64,000 bases of DNA from Octopus vulgaris (taxonomy: Eukaryota): positions 116,126,001-116,190,000 of the forward strand of contig OX597823.1 in the NCBI GenBank assembly GCA_951406725.2, given 5' to 3'. This document shows positions 51,031-64,000 of this stretch, one piece after another. A program made the position numbers and the translations under genes. Every line of letters starts with the position of its first letter. Position 1 is the first letter of the stretch. The notes below the pieces were generated by a model that searched no databases, had not been told where the DNA came from, and worked only from the letters and a program-made list of their open reading frames with translations.

Positions 51031-52261
51031 TAATGATGATGATGATGATGATGATGATATGTCACACTATCCAGTTGCTGCACATAAAAACACACATGCA
51101 ATATTAGTATGATGTATAGCATGAATTTATCAGGATACAAACTTAAACCCCTTTAAATTGTTAGATTTATTGTGAATATATAGTGTCTCAATGATGATGA
51201 TCATGATGATGATCAAAGTTATTTTATTGCTTATGTCAAGAAAACATTACTTTTCTCTATGTACATGAAACTTTCCTTCAGTTTTGCATACATCTTATGC
51301 TTATTTAATTATTACTGAGTAAAACTCTATGTATGAGGGTGTATATGTATGTGTGTGTGGAGAGAGAGAGAGAGAGAGTTGTCTATATTTGGTGTAATAC
51401 ATGAAAATGAAATTACATTGGGGTTTTATCTGGCATGTCTCTATTACCATAAAGTATGAGACATGTTTCATGGCAGATTCTGACTGAGTATTTGCCGACC
51501 AATAAACAATAACAGTAAAACTGACATAAACATTCCAGTTATTTGATAACAACTAAATCTACTTAGATTTACTTGTAAAACTACAGTTAAATTGTTTCCA
51601 TCCAGTTAGCTTGTTTTAGTTAAATAGAATTTCTGTTCCATATATGGTCAAAATTAGCTCCATAAATGGTGATTTTATGTTTGTGTGAGTCTGTGTGTGT
51701 GTGGGTGGGGTATTAGTTAATAAATATGTGTGCGTATATACATGTATATATATGTGTATGTATGTATGTATGTATGTATATATGTATATTTGTATATGAA
51801 TACATATAAAATTCCACTGATGCATTCTGAGAAGGAGAGACACAGGTGTTTTGTAAATTAAATTTAGATTTAATGTACATTTTTTGTTGCAATAATCAAA
51901 AAATGTTCTGATCCCATGGAATAAACTGAGTTCACTAAAATAGTTATTGTTTTTAAAGTTAATGGTGGCTTGGGAAAGTGATAATGCAGTCAGTGAGTAC
52001 ATAAAATGGAAGGGCCTAAAATATGAAGAACTTTGGGAATTATATGAGGGCACAAAGTTGGCAATGAATAGTATATCCAGTGAAGGTGGAATATTGTGTA
52101 TTTGGAGTTAGAATCACAATATACTATCTGGCTGACTTTGGATTTGGAAAGAATAACTGAGTAGTGATTTCTGAATGGCAGAGAATATTGAAGCTGAGAG
52201 CAAAAACAAAAGACCCCTTCAAGTATTAGAACAAAGTTATTGTTGGGTGTTGAAGTTGTCC

Positions 52262-52685
52262 TTATTTCTTATTTCTTTATTTCCCACAAGAGGTTACACA
52301 CAGAGGGGTCAATCAAGGACAGACAAACGGATTAAGTCAATTATATCGACCCTCAGTGCATAACTGGTACTTATTTAATCGACCCCAAAAGGATGAAAGG
52401 CAAAGTCAATCTCAGGGGAATTTGAACTCAGAACGTAGCAGCAGACGAAATACCTATTTCTTTACTACCCACAAGGGGCTAAACACAGAGAGGACAAACA
52501 AGGACAGACAAACAGATTAAGTTGATTATATCAACCCCCAGTGCATAACTGGTACTTTATTTATCGACCCCGAAAGGATGAAAGGCAAAGTCGACCTCAG
52601 TGGAATTTGAACTCAGAACGTGACTGCAGATGAAATACCGCTATGCATTTCACCTGGCATGCTAACGTTTCTGCCAGCTTGCCCT
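52262..52685 (-). mobile_element. SINE family B dimer
   Basis: Reverse complement of the 37113-37490 arrangement. Confidence 0.85.
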
Positions 52686-52949
52686 GAAGCTGTCCTTGGT
52701 TTGGTAAGATGTGTGCATGAATGACAAGAGAAACAAAGAGATCACTGCCAGACAGGCCATTTTAACATGTTCTTTACTTCTAATTTGGGCAGTTAAATAT
52801 ACCCTCTCACTCCAATTGTGCTGATTTAAGGGAATTTATAGTTAAACGGTGAAATGTATTCTAAGACAGGTTTTAGTACAGAGTTTAATACAGACAAAAA
52901 ATGTCATACTCAAATGCAGTCACACCCTGCCAAATATTTTGCAATTAAT

Positions 52950-53235
52950 CCTTTTTACCTGATGGAATTGTAGGAAACTATAACTTATTAGGTTGGTGAA
53001 ACTGGAAGTAAATATATTTTACCTTGTAAAACTGTAGGTGACTTTATACTTCAGGTGATAAAACTGTAGCTAACCCATGTACTTTACCAAGTAAAACCTG
53101 TGTTAATTAAATAATTTACCTGATGAAACTGTTCTGCAGGTAGTTGTAATTTACCTGGTGAAACTGTAGGTAATTGTATGCTTTACCTTTTGAAACCATA
53201 AGCATGTTTTATCTCATAAAATTGTAGGTGATTAT
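52950..53235. repeat. Degenerate ~33-bp minisatellite
   Basis: About eight recurrences of tttacct.(g/t)tgaaactgtagg-like units. Confidence 0.7.
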
Positions 53236-54404
53236 ATATCATTTACTATCGCATAGTTGACATGAAAATATCTGCTTAAAAACAGTGTTTATGTTTGAGA
53301 AGCAACCAATCTCTGCCAGTCGGGAGAAATTTGCTGTAAAAATCATTTCAAAGAAATAAACAAAAACAAAAATGTCTAAAAGTATTTAAATATCTACTTC
53401 ACTGAGCTCAGAAGTTTTTTTGTTTTTTTTCCTCTTTGTAGGTTCTAAAATTTAAGCTTTGGTTGTAAATTAATATTCCAGAACATTGGCAGCGAACTAA
53501 AAAATTGTGTTATGATTCGTAAAGTATAAAATAAAAACAACAAAATTGTAGTGAACTCTGGCTCTGAGTCATGAATGAAAAATGTCAGGTATAAGTTAAT
53601 GAAGTGTAAATAAAAAATCAGGTTACAGTTAATGAACTATAAAATACAGTCTATGGATATGGAGGCGAATTTAGTATCAGTTTGTGGATTTTAATGTTTA
53701 AAAGTAGATTAGTGTTTGTGGAACTATAATCTTTTTGTTTGGTGGTTGAGCTATTAGAATTTGTCAAAGCAAGCAAAGTTCTGGATTTTCTTTTCATGCT
53801 TTTCCAGATCATGTGAGCATAATGATTTGAGAATAGACTTTTCTTTAAACTCAGCTAAATAAAATAGCTATCCAAATGAATTTTCGTTCAAGATCCTCAA
53901 GAATGTCATTACTCTATAACTCTGTATATGTAGTTCCGTGTCACTCAGTCAGTTCCAAAAGAGAAAATTGCAAGTATATTTTTGTGTTTTATCCATCAAA
54001 CCTTTGTAAATGAAGTACCTACCATATAATGATGTTGATTTGTTGTATGCAACATCTCTTTGCAAAAGATGAAGAACATCCAAATATATTAACTGTTTTA
54101 CTTCTCTTGACTCAAACCATGGAACAGAGAGGTAGAATTCAGTTATGTAAAAGCAACTCAATAGTACAGTGAAGTCTGAGAAGATTTAATTATGCAAAAT
54201 GATGTTTAGAATTGCCTCTGTTTTTGCTAAAAGACTCAGAATAAATTTAGTCATTCATGAATATTACTTTCTTCACTATCTCATTTATTTTCTTTCTAAC
54301 TTGTTGACAATAACTGCATTAAGTACAGTAAAAATTAACTTAAATATTTTTTTAGTGTGTGATGTATTCAGTTAGAAAATTCTATTGCATCATCAGTTTT
54401 TATG

Positions 54405-54780
54405 AAATGTGTTCAAAAAGTATCCAACTTTAATTTTTCCCACCAAAGCTAAAGTAAAAATCATTTGGGTGGGAGGTGATGCTTCATGTACATGCATTGA
54501 ACATTTTTGCACCGATTGGCCACGTCAATTCCTGGCTGTTATACCTTCAGTAGAGACATTGCTCACTGGATTTTTGTTTTCACTGAATGCGTTGAGCAAA
54601 GATATTGCATCACATTTTGCCAAAAGCTTTGTGATACTCAAGCTCAAACCATCCAGGAAATTCTCCAAGCCTTTGGCGATAATGCCAAGGGGAAAACTAA
54701 GATCAAGGAATGGTACAACCATTCACATATGACCACTCCTCAGTAGAGAGACAGATGTGCTCAGACAGGCCACCCACAAG
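54405..54780 (+). pseudogene. Mariner 5' fragment (TIR plus N-terminal HTH region)
   Basis: gtgttcaaaaagtatccaact TIR-like start; TECVEQRYCITFCQKLCDTQAQTIQEILQAFGDNAKGKTKIKEWYN, followed by a degenerate SVE..SDRP. Confidence 0.85.
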
Positions 54781-56981
54781 TTTTGGTGGGCTTGTAAAGG
54801 GTCCAGTCCACTGCCTTTTCCTCCCTAACTAAAAACTTTTAAAAATCTTGCATTATATTGTCCTACCTTTTGTTGTGATAAGGCATGAGTTAAAAGAGGT
54901 TTCACTTCTATTTCTAGCAATTCTGGTTACTAACTGAAGTTTTCTCAAAGTTCCTGCCCTTGTTTCTGATGTTAAGTGTATTTCTTCATATATTTTTTTA
55001 TTGTTTTCTTCAGTTTTAATTATTTTTTTGTTTTACCTAATATTAGGAGGGAAAAGCAATACCTGTGATCCTTTACAGGGTCTCCAAGAAGAAGCAAAGG
55101 AAGAAGTTATTCCCAAACCAGAGATCTAGCCCCACTAAATGCTTGCAACAAAGGGAACTCTACTAATGGCATCCAAAGGCAAGTTGGTGTTGTTAAACCA
55201 GACCACAGATTTGAGTCTTTCTCCTAAAAAATAGGGTACAAAGAGCTAGAGGAAGTAATACATGGCAAGTCCTCTATTATTCTAAAAGTTCTGCCTTTGT
55301 ATTGTCCTAGACTGGTACTCTATTATATTGACCTAACAAGGATGAAATGTAAGGTTAGCCTTGTGGGTATTTGAGCTCAGAAAAAAACAGAACTGGCACT
55401 TGTACCACAAAGTATTTACGCCTACACATCAATGATTCTGCCAATTTGCTAATTGTTAAGCTATTATTCTAGTCAGGCCATGTCTTCTAGACTAAGCTAT
55501 AGAATAAAATGACAGCACCAAGCTATTGAAATGAAGTGTGCTTTCCTTGAGTCATCTTCTCTGAACTATAATTTCCTTGGTTTTTCCTATCATATCTACA
55601 CAACACTTTTCTCAAGATCATCTATAATTTCCTTTTTATTCATTTTGCTTTAAAGCCATAGTTTCCTTGATGTATCCATTACAAAATCAAATTATGAACT
55701 GTATATCCACATATCTTATCAACACAACTGCCATTTCAGTCAAATATTCTTCTCATATATTCCATCATTGCTTAGGTTTGATATGCAACAAATTTTACAT
55801 CTTCACGCGTCAAGATAAAGTATAACTTTTTCTTCTTTCGGTCTTTATCATGTCTTTTCATTATTTCCCTGTTTGTTCTAAATCATCGTTGCTTAAGAGT
55901 TAGTCAATCCTTGCAAATATCTTCCTGATATTGAAGAAGAAAATAAATAGTGTACATTGTCGTGTATTCCTGTTAAATATTTGCCTTTCAAATATTTGAT
56001 TGCTATTCATCAATCATTTCCTAATTTGTAAAGCCTGATTTATAAAGCATTTCTTTCAGGAGATTAATTCATCCCAGCTCTCCTTGTTCCCGATAACAAG
56101 AAAACTTGGTCTTTATGTGAATGTTGGCCTTCTCAGTATATGCCACAGTGTGTTTATGTATGTGGGTCTGTGTATGTGTATTATGCTTAAATGTATGGCT
56201 TTGTGTGGCGTGCACGTCTGTCTGTATGTGTAAGGTTTCTGTATGTCTTTTCATTTTCTAGAGAAACAAATTTATTCTCAACTTGTCAAAACTTTTTGAG
56301 ACTTCTTTAACTCATAAAATATGCATTTCTCTACTTATAAAGCCATTTCTGATACTTATAGATGCACATACACACAAACACTACTACCATCACTCTAAAA
56401 ATCTTACACACATACACACGCATACACACAGACATATGCCCACACATGCATTCACACACACATTTATATGTATGAATGTGTGTGTGTGTGTGTGTGTGTG
56501 TGTGAGTATATATACACATACACAAACATATATTCACATCACTGTCACAACTTTAACCCCCTACAACATATAAACTACACAATTGCTGTATAACCCATTG
56601 CTGTTCCTACACCACTAAATATTAAATATCATTTTTGAAGTCTGATTTCATAGGAATATTACATAAACACATACAGCTTGTAGAACACAGCAGACACACA
56701 ATACGTCTAACAATATATGAATGTATATACATTTATTTATATATGCAGGCATAAAGAATGACAGAGCCATTACATGCCCCTGTCAAACTAATCTAATAGT
56801 CTTTCCATGTTCCTTCTCTGATAAATTTATTAAATTGTTACTGTCTGAATAAAATCAGAACTGTCAATAAGGGAGCTTTGTGTAGTTGCTAGAAAGAGAT
56901 GCCAAATCTCCTTCAAATTACATCCTACCATCTTAAAAAAAAAAAAGAGATATATCATATACTAAATAAACAAAAAGATAT

Positions 56982-57159
56982 AGGCCAAGGTGTGGCTGTG
57001 CGGTAAGTAGCTGGTTTACCAACCACATGGTTCCGGGTTCAGTCCCACTGCATGGCACCTTGGGCAAGTGTCTTCCACTATAGCCTTGGGCTGACCAAAG
57101 CCTTGTGAGTGGATTTGGTAGACGGAAACTGAAAGAAGCTTGTCGTATTTATGTATATG

Positions 57160-57190
<31 letters not shown>

Positions 57191-57388
57191 TTGTCCCCCC
57201 AACATCGCTTGACTACCGATGCTGGTGTGTTTATGTCCCTGTAACTTAGCGGTTCAGCAAAAGAGACTGATAGAATGAGTACTAGGCTTACAAAGTTTAA
57301 GTCCTGGGTTTGATTTGCTTGACTAAAGGCGGTGCCCCAGCATGGCCGCGGTCAAATGACTGGAACAAGTAAAAGAGTAAAGAGTAAA
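56982..57388 (+). mobile_element. SINE family A
   Basis: Full copy. Confidence 0.88.
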
Positions 57389-57811
57389 AGTATATGTCGT
57401 AGCCAGAATGTCTTTATCATAGTAGGTCTGCTTGACCATGACTAGCCCAGGGCTAAACAACAAAACTGGCATTAAAGCAAAAAGTGATTGTGTAAATGAA
57501 AGAAAGAGAAGTTGCACAGAATGGAATATGATGAAGTATCAACAAATAAACAGAGAAAATAGATATTGCATACATAATATATCTCGCTGGATTGACATGT
57601 TATGTATGTGATATCATGTAGCTGTTCTATTAAGTGGAACTTGGTTTTACTAGAGAGAGATAGTCATGACTAAACTCTCTTTTAAGTGACTTTATAGTGA
57701 GTCATAATTCTTGACTGTTTTAAAGTAATGTTTATAGATCCAGTGTAATCTGAGTTAAGAGTAATTTAAGAATCTAGAGGCCTGCATTAGTGTGGTAAAA
57801 AGAACCCAGTA

Positions 57812-58142
57812 TACAAGGAGTACTCCAGAAGTTTTGAGGCTGTATTTATTGATTTCAAAGGAGTACAAGATTCTGATCTTCTTCAACGTAAGAACCTATG
57901 ACTTCACTGCACTTGTTGTAACAGTCCAGCCAATTCATGAAGGCTCTGTGGAAGTTCTCTAAAGGAAAGGTATCCAGAACCCTTGTCTCTTCATTTTCTC
58001 CTTTGGCTTGGGGAACTACCAAAAGCCAAAGGGAGCATGGTCTGAACTGTAGGGAGGGCAAGGGACAATTTTAATGCCCATCTCAGCTAAGTTGTTGGTT
58101 CCCAGTGGGGAATTGCCAACTGGTGCATTGTCCTGGTGAAGG
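57812..58142 (-). pseudogene. Mariner 3' fragment
   Basis: Minus strand LHQDNAPV..., a degenerate PYS.D.AP..FW, then ..TRVLDTFPLENFHRAFMNWLDCYNKCSEVIGSYVE. Confidence 0.8.
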
Positions 58143-59199
58143 TGCTCTAGCCTTTTGCAATGAAATCACTTTCTGAACTCAAAAAACATAAATAACTGCT
58201 GAGATTGACCAGAACCCTTGACAGTGGTACCTCAGCAGGGCCACAGCCCACTGACCAAGACAGGTAAACGATAAAAGATATTAGCAATAGTACAGCTTCT
58301 AATATTTCATAAAAGCTTCATAAACTGCATCCACCAAATCAACCAAATGTTTGAGTGACACAGGTCATTCGTTAACCCTCTGCAATGATTGGAGTGTAAT
58401 TATACTCAAAATGATATGATTATTCTGATACACTAATACATGCACCAAACAACTACCCCATCTCCCCATCACACCATCACAAACATGTAAACCACATAGC
58501 CTAGCCCCAAAATCTGCCTTGCTAATATTGTCCAACACACAACTGATACACTGTTAAATTCAAACTGCATTTCACGCTAGAGAAAGACAGTTCCTCCTAA
58601 AAGCCAAAACAAATGGATGAAGGAATTAATATAGATTCATAACAACTTTATTAACAATAAAGAAAAGAATGACAATGGTGTGCAGTGATCTGAGAAATAC
58701 TCATCCTCAGGGTATACATACATTGCTATTAAGTAAGCATGCTTAGTGTACAAACAGAGATAGAAATCACTCAGCTGAATGCATACAGTCCTTAAAAAGA
58801 TTAACGTTTAATAGAAATTTTGCATTGCTTCAACTGCAAAACCTCCCAATGTCATTTGTATCACTATAATCCATTCAAACGAACACATATGCAAGTTTGA
58901 AAAAATATATAAACAAAATAAGTTTGATTTGGTTCAGCATGAATAGACAAAGTGAAAGGGAAATAGGTCACATCTTTTAGTATATGTATTCACAAGTTTC
59001 TTTTGTTGTAATTGCTGAAATAACAAAAATATTTAGTTAGGTGCATTGATTTGACTATATGGAACCAGTTTTAATCATGGCTTTAGTTGGGCTCTGACTC
59101 CCAACTCATGCTAGTGGTATGTATTTTACAGAATCTTTTAAAATTAATGAATAATAATAAAACATATTTTATAAAATTCATCTAGGAACCAGACTAAAT

Positions 59200-59418
59200 A
59201 TTCTTTTCTACTCAAGGGAACAAGGCCCGAAATTTTGGGGGATGGGGCCAGTCGTTTAGATCGACCCCAGTATGCAACTGGTACTTAATTTATCGACCCT
59301 GAAAAGATGAAAGGCAAAATCGACCTTGGTGGAATTTGAACTCAGAACGTAAAGACAGACGTAATACTGCTAAGCATCTCACCCAACATGCTAACATTTC
59401 TGCCAGCTCACCGCCTTA
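59200..59418 (-). mobile_element. SINE family B
   Basis: Reverse-complement family B; aaccaga.t.aatatt occurs on both flanks as a likely TSD. Confidence 0.85.
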
Positions 59419-59969
59419 ACCAGATTGAATATTGCCACAGACCAGATACAGCTTGAGGGGCTTTAGGTTTGCTTTTTTGTTATTTCTCCATTCTCTTACA
59501 GCTTATCTGTCTGAAAGTTCCTAGACAAGGATGAAAATATCAGCCACTCTGAAATATTCTGCCTTCACAAACAAAAGATTTCACTCTGAAAAACAAAAGA
59601 AAGCTATTTTAATTTCTCTCCCTTTTTTATATGTAGTAGCACTATGTACAGCTAATCCATTGTTCCATGTGCATGTGTGTGTGTGTGTGAGTGTGTGTGT
59701 GTGTGCGCAAATGTGTACCTTTGTGTGTCAGGTGCATACTTTGTGTTCTCACATGAAAGCATTGAGCAAAAAAACAAATGATGACTTTAAGTTGATATTC
59801 ATTGTCAGCAATGGATATCAGGAGCCCTTGATACTTGAAGATGAAACTCTCTTACTTGAAAGACAATGAGACCCTATGCCTGTAAGACATACACAAAGCC
59901 TTAATAAGCTATTGGTCCAACTCATGTTAGCATGGCAAAACAGTTTCAAAACTAATGAACAAATATATA

Positions 59970-60340
59970 TATAAGCACCATTCATGCGTGGGTCACTGCC
60001 AGTGCCACCTGACTGGCTTCCCATGCCAGTGGCATGTAAAAAGCACCATCTGAATGAAGTCGATGCCACCTACCCTGACTGGCTCCTGTGCTGTTAGCAC
60101 ATAAAAAAGCACCATCCAAATGTGGCCAATGCCAGTGCCGCCTGACTGGCTCCCGTGCTGGAGGCACATAAATAGCACCCGCTACACTCTTGGAGTGGTT
60201 GGCATTAGTAAGGGCATCCAGCTGTAGAAACATTGCCAAATCAGATTGGAAGTTGGTGCAGCCCCCTGGCTTGCCAGTCCCCAGTCAAACTGTCCACCCA
60301 CGCCAGCATGGAAAACAGATGTTAAACAATGATGATGATG
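59970..60340 (+). mobile_element. Family D retroposon with internal tandem units
   Basis: Three to four ~60-bp units, then the conserved 3' end and (gat)n. Confidence 0.85.
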
Positions 60341-60368
60341 ATACATACATACATATATATATACATAC

Positions 60369-60403
<35 letters not shown>

Positions 60404-60407
60404 CATA

Positions 60408-60511
<104 letters not shown>

Positions 60512-60663
60512 CACACACACACATATATATATTGTTTTTGTCTTACAGGCAAATGCCCGCATTGTTTTTCAAGTAAGAGAGTTTCATTTTCAAGTGTAAA
60601 ACTACTGGACTATTTGCTAACAATGAATATCAACTTTAAGTCCGAATCTTTTGCTCAATACTT

Positions 60664-60699
<36 letters not shown>

Positions 60700-60939
60700 A
60701 TATAATTCTAAAAAATGCATGTTTATTATGGACTTCCTGCAACTCATGTGCAATGATATACAGTAGTACCCAGCCAAAGTGAAGTACTTATATCTTTCAG
60801 CATGTGTAAATTACAATATCATTGGAATTTAATATGGAAAAAAAAAATATTAATAACTTAGTGGTCGTACACAGATATATACTGATACACATCAAAATTT
60901 GTTGAAATTTCAAGTTTCATTTTGTAGATATATATATTT

Positions 60940-61225
60940 GAGTGTGATCATTACCAACGTAGCCTTACTGGCACCTGTGCTGGTGGCATGTGTAAAAAGA
61001 TTCGAGCGAGGTCATTGCCAGTACCACCTGACTGGCCCCTGTACCGGTGGCACATAAAAAGCACCCACTACACTCTCAGAGTGGTTGGCATTAGGAACGG
61101 CATCCAGCTGTAGAAACTCTGCCAAATCAAGATTGGAGCCTGGTGCAGCCATCTGGTCCACCAGCCCTCAGTCAAAATCTTCTAACCCATGCTAGCATGG
61201 AAAGCGGACGTTAAATGATGATGAG
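60940..61225 (+). mobile_element. Family D retroposon
   Basis: Matches the family D copies. Confidence 0.85.
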
Positions 61226-61267
61226 GATATATGTAGATATATGTGATGTGTGCTTCCCACCTCAACT

Positions 61268-61962
61268 TGGTTTCCTTATAACTTTCACAAAATTAGACAT
61301 TTTTTAATGAAATTTTCCACATATATCCTTCAGATGGTGTAGATCATCATTGCTTATGAGTTAGCTAATCCTTTCAAATAATCTCATGCCAAAATTTGCT
61401 GTGAAACTATTTTTTTCCATAGGTGGGGAGAGAAGTTTCAGAAAATTCACACGAGGAACGTTTCTTTCATCATAAGTTTCAGAAAAATGGAATATTTTCA
61501 TGAAATTTTCTTCAAATACTTTTCACAGTGTCTGGATTACGATTATATTGGAATTTAATATGGAAAAAGAATTGGTGAGATAGCACACATACATACTGAC
61601 ACACATCACACATATCTATGAAATGAAACTTGAAATTTTGAAAAAATTCTTGGTGAGTGTCAGTAAGCATGTGTGAGTGCTCTCCATTCTTCTTTCAACA
61701 TCAAATCCTGATTTAATCATAATTTACATATTCTGAAAAGTATTTGCAAAAGTTTTCATTGAGAAAATACCCCGTTTTCACAAAAATTATGAGGAATCAA
61801 ACCTAATGCATGTTAATTTTCTGAAACTCTTTTCCCCACTCCTCTGAAAGAATTTTTTTTCAATGCAAATCCTGCTATAACTGGAATCTACACTATCTGG
61901 AGTATAAATGTAGAAAATATCGATAAAAAATATCTGTTTTTCTCAAAGTTATGAGAAAACAA
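61268..61962. mobile_element. Old fold-back/MITE-like element with internal repeats
   Basis: 61270-61348 is a diverged inverse of 61881-61960; a similar unit recurs at ~61462-61540; related sequence at 60820-60930. Confidence 0.6.
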
Positions 61963-62598
61963 AACCAGTGGGGCACATTTGTGTTTATTTGCCCTTTGCT
62001 TTAACAAAAGTTTAGTGGTTCAGTGTAAATAAAGATGTTACCACTAATTTTTTGTATGAAGAATGAAATAAGGAAATGAGACAAAGTTTTAACATTTTTT
62101 ATTTCGTTTTCGGATTTGGTTTGCAAGATTCTTTATATGAGTTCGTGTGTTGAAGCATATTCTGTTGTGTCTGGGGAGAGTCATTCTCTTTTTGTGCCTT
62201 ATAATATAACACACTCACCAGAAAAATTTCTACTTTTTTTTCTTATTTTTATTTTCCTAAAACTTCCGTTGTGTCTTGCAACCTTTTCAAAAAGAAAATG
62301 ACTCTCCCTAGACACAACAGAACTTTTTTTATGGTTGTGATTGAAAGCAATGAGCTACAGTGTCTCAGTCAAGATATATACAACACTCACATGGAGAGTT
62401 CATGAAGGGTTTAGTATACTTTGCTGAACATGTGGTGAGAGAAAAATAGCAGTAGTCAAAACATGTCAGTGTAGCTCTTGGATGCTGTCCTTGTTTGGGC
62501 AAACAGAGAGAGGGAAATTCATGCTTCTTGGCATCCAAGCAGCGGGAGAGAGAGATTCACAACCATCAGAATATATAGGTGTTAGCTGCAATGCTCAT

Positions 62599-62933
62599 GA
62601 AGGCACATGGCTCAGTGGTTAGAGCGTCGAGCTTACCATCGTGAGGTTGTGAGTTTGAATCCTGAACCGGGCTGCGTGTTGTGTTCTTGAGCAAGACACT
62701 TTATTTCACATTGTTCCAGTCCACTCAGCTGTAGAAATGAGTTGCGACATCACGGGTGCCAAACTGTATCAACCCTTGGCTTTCCCTTGGGTAACACTGG
62801 TGGTTTGGAGAGGGGAGGCCGGTATGCATGGGCGACTGCTGGTCTTCCATAAACAACCTTGCCCGGACTTGTGCCTGGGAGGGTAACCTTCTAGGAGCAA
62901 TCCGACGGTCAGTCATGACCAAAGGGGGTCTCA
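62599..62933 (+). mobile_element. SINE family C, full length
   Basis: gaaggcacatggctcagtggttagagcgtcgagctt...CORE-like domain...gtcatgaccaaagggggtctc. Confidence 0.88.
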
Positions 62934-63052
62934 ACTCAAGCTGTGATGCTACCTGGTGGTGTTTACCAGTGAAAAGGACATAATTCAGCTAACCTCGCTA
63001 GTCTACTACAAAAGTAATACTAAAACAGAAAGAAAAGAAAAGTGACCAGTAA

Positions 63053-63127
63053 GCCTCGACAGGGAATCGAACACGGCACCTCTCAGATTCTGACTGCATG
63101 CTCTGTACCATTAAGCTAAGACAGCCC
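63053..63127 (-). pseudogene. tRNA-like sequence (pseudo-tRNA or SINE head)
   Basis: Minus strand gggctgtcttagcttaatggtacagagc...gtgttcgattccctg with A and B boxes and a downstream T-rich run; the acceptor stem does not pair well. Confidence 0.5.
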
Positions 63128-63261
63128 TGAAAATAGATACAATCTTTTTAAATTGTTAAATGATAACTTTTGGAATGAGAAAATATTTTCCAAACAAACT
63201 TATAGGCTTATGCATGTGTTGGTGTTCTATAGAAAATAAAGGAATTCACCAAACGCATTAT

Positions 63262-63535
63262 TCTTTACTTGTTTCAGTCATTGGACTGCAACCCTGCTTT
63301 GGCACTGCCTTCAAGGGTTTAGTCAAATAAATCGATCCCATTACTTTTAAAAATCTGGCACTTATTTTATCGTGTGTGTGTGTGTGTGTGTTTGATGGGC
63401 TTCTTTCAGTTTCCGTCTACCAAATTTGGTGTGCTACAGTAACAGACACTTGCCCAATGTTACATGCTGTGGGGTTGAACTTAAACACCTGTAGTGGAGA
63501 ACTGAACTGTTCACCACACGGCCATTCTTGAGCCA
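63262..63535 (-). mobile_element. SINE family A, diverged and internally deleted
   Basis: tttacttgtttcagtcatt...gggcttctttcagtttccgtctaccaaat...gacacttgccca. Confidence 0.7.
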
Positions 63536-64000
63536 CAGGGAAAACAAGTGATGCTCTATATCAGCTAAAACTATTGATAAATGTGTAAATCTTGTTAAGT
63601 TCACGTGGCACTGAGGAAAGAATTTTTTTTACAAAACTCTTCTCTCCTTCTTTATGAAAACTGTTTTCTCTGTCCGTTATCCATGATAGTGTGCAAAGAC
63701 ATTTTTCCAAAACTCTCATGATGTAAGGATGGGGAAAAAAGACTCGTTTTTAATTTACCAAAGAAAGACTTGGTATGAAATGGTGGAAACATTTCGCTTA
63801 ATGGCATGTGAACTTTAAAACTCAATGCTTTCCTCATGTGTGTGTGTGTGTGTGTGTGTGCATGCGTGTGTGCATGTGTATGTGTGCATGTGTATATAAG
63901 TGCCTGTAAATCTACACATACATATATGTGTGTGTATGTATACACACACACACACACACACACAAACAGATTTTTGTAAGATGTTTGAATTTACACAATT

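Noticed and set aside
52950-53235. Regularly spaced ~33-bp repeats as a CRISPR-like array
   Set aside because: The units are degenerate and contiguous without unique spacers; eukaryotic context and no cas genes. The same applies to 46350-46960 and 16170-16447.
55079-55178. Possible plus-strand exon with AG acceptor and GC donor
   Set aside because: Non-canonical donor, no homology and no neighbouring exons.

Overview
This is eukaryotic, AT-rich, repeat-saturated DNA with no intact protein-coding gene I can recognise. Almost all ORFs in the supplied track are translations of (TA)n, (CA)n, (TTA)n or (TTC)n microsatellites or of SINEs. The repeat content suggests an octopus/cephalopod intron or intergenic region (inference). 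It holds four tRNA-headed SINE families (A, B, C, E; my labels), an RTE-tailed retroposon (family D), and decayed RTE, R4/Dong, CR1-group and Penelope retrotransposon fragments. It also holds several mariner/Tc1 relics, MITEs and a probable decayed Transib-like transposase. The most interesting signal is a set of fold-back inserts sitting in (TA)n tracts. Two of them (48.25-48.69 kb and 49.83-50.20 kb) each carry a divergent pair of type I hammerhead-ribozyme motifs with a palindromic stem III. The second pair has a non-canonical G3-C8 core swap, and a Penelope RT fragment lies between the two inserts. Other notable structure includes a ~290-bp inverted duplication flanking two spliceable exon candidates (26.7-30.1 kb), a templated ~490-bp insertion inside a SINE, and a nested insertion stack at 4.9-7.7 kb. 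All calls were made by eye and most boundaries are approximate to tens of bases.
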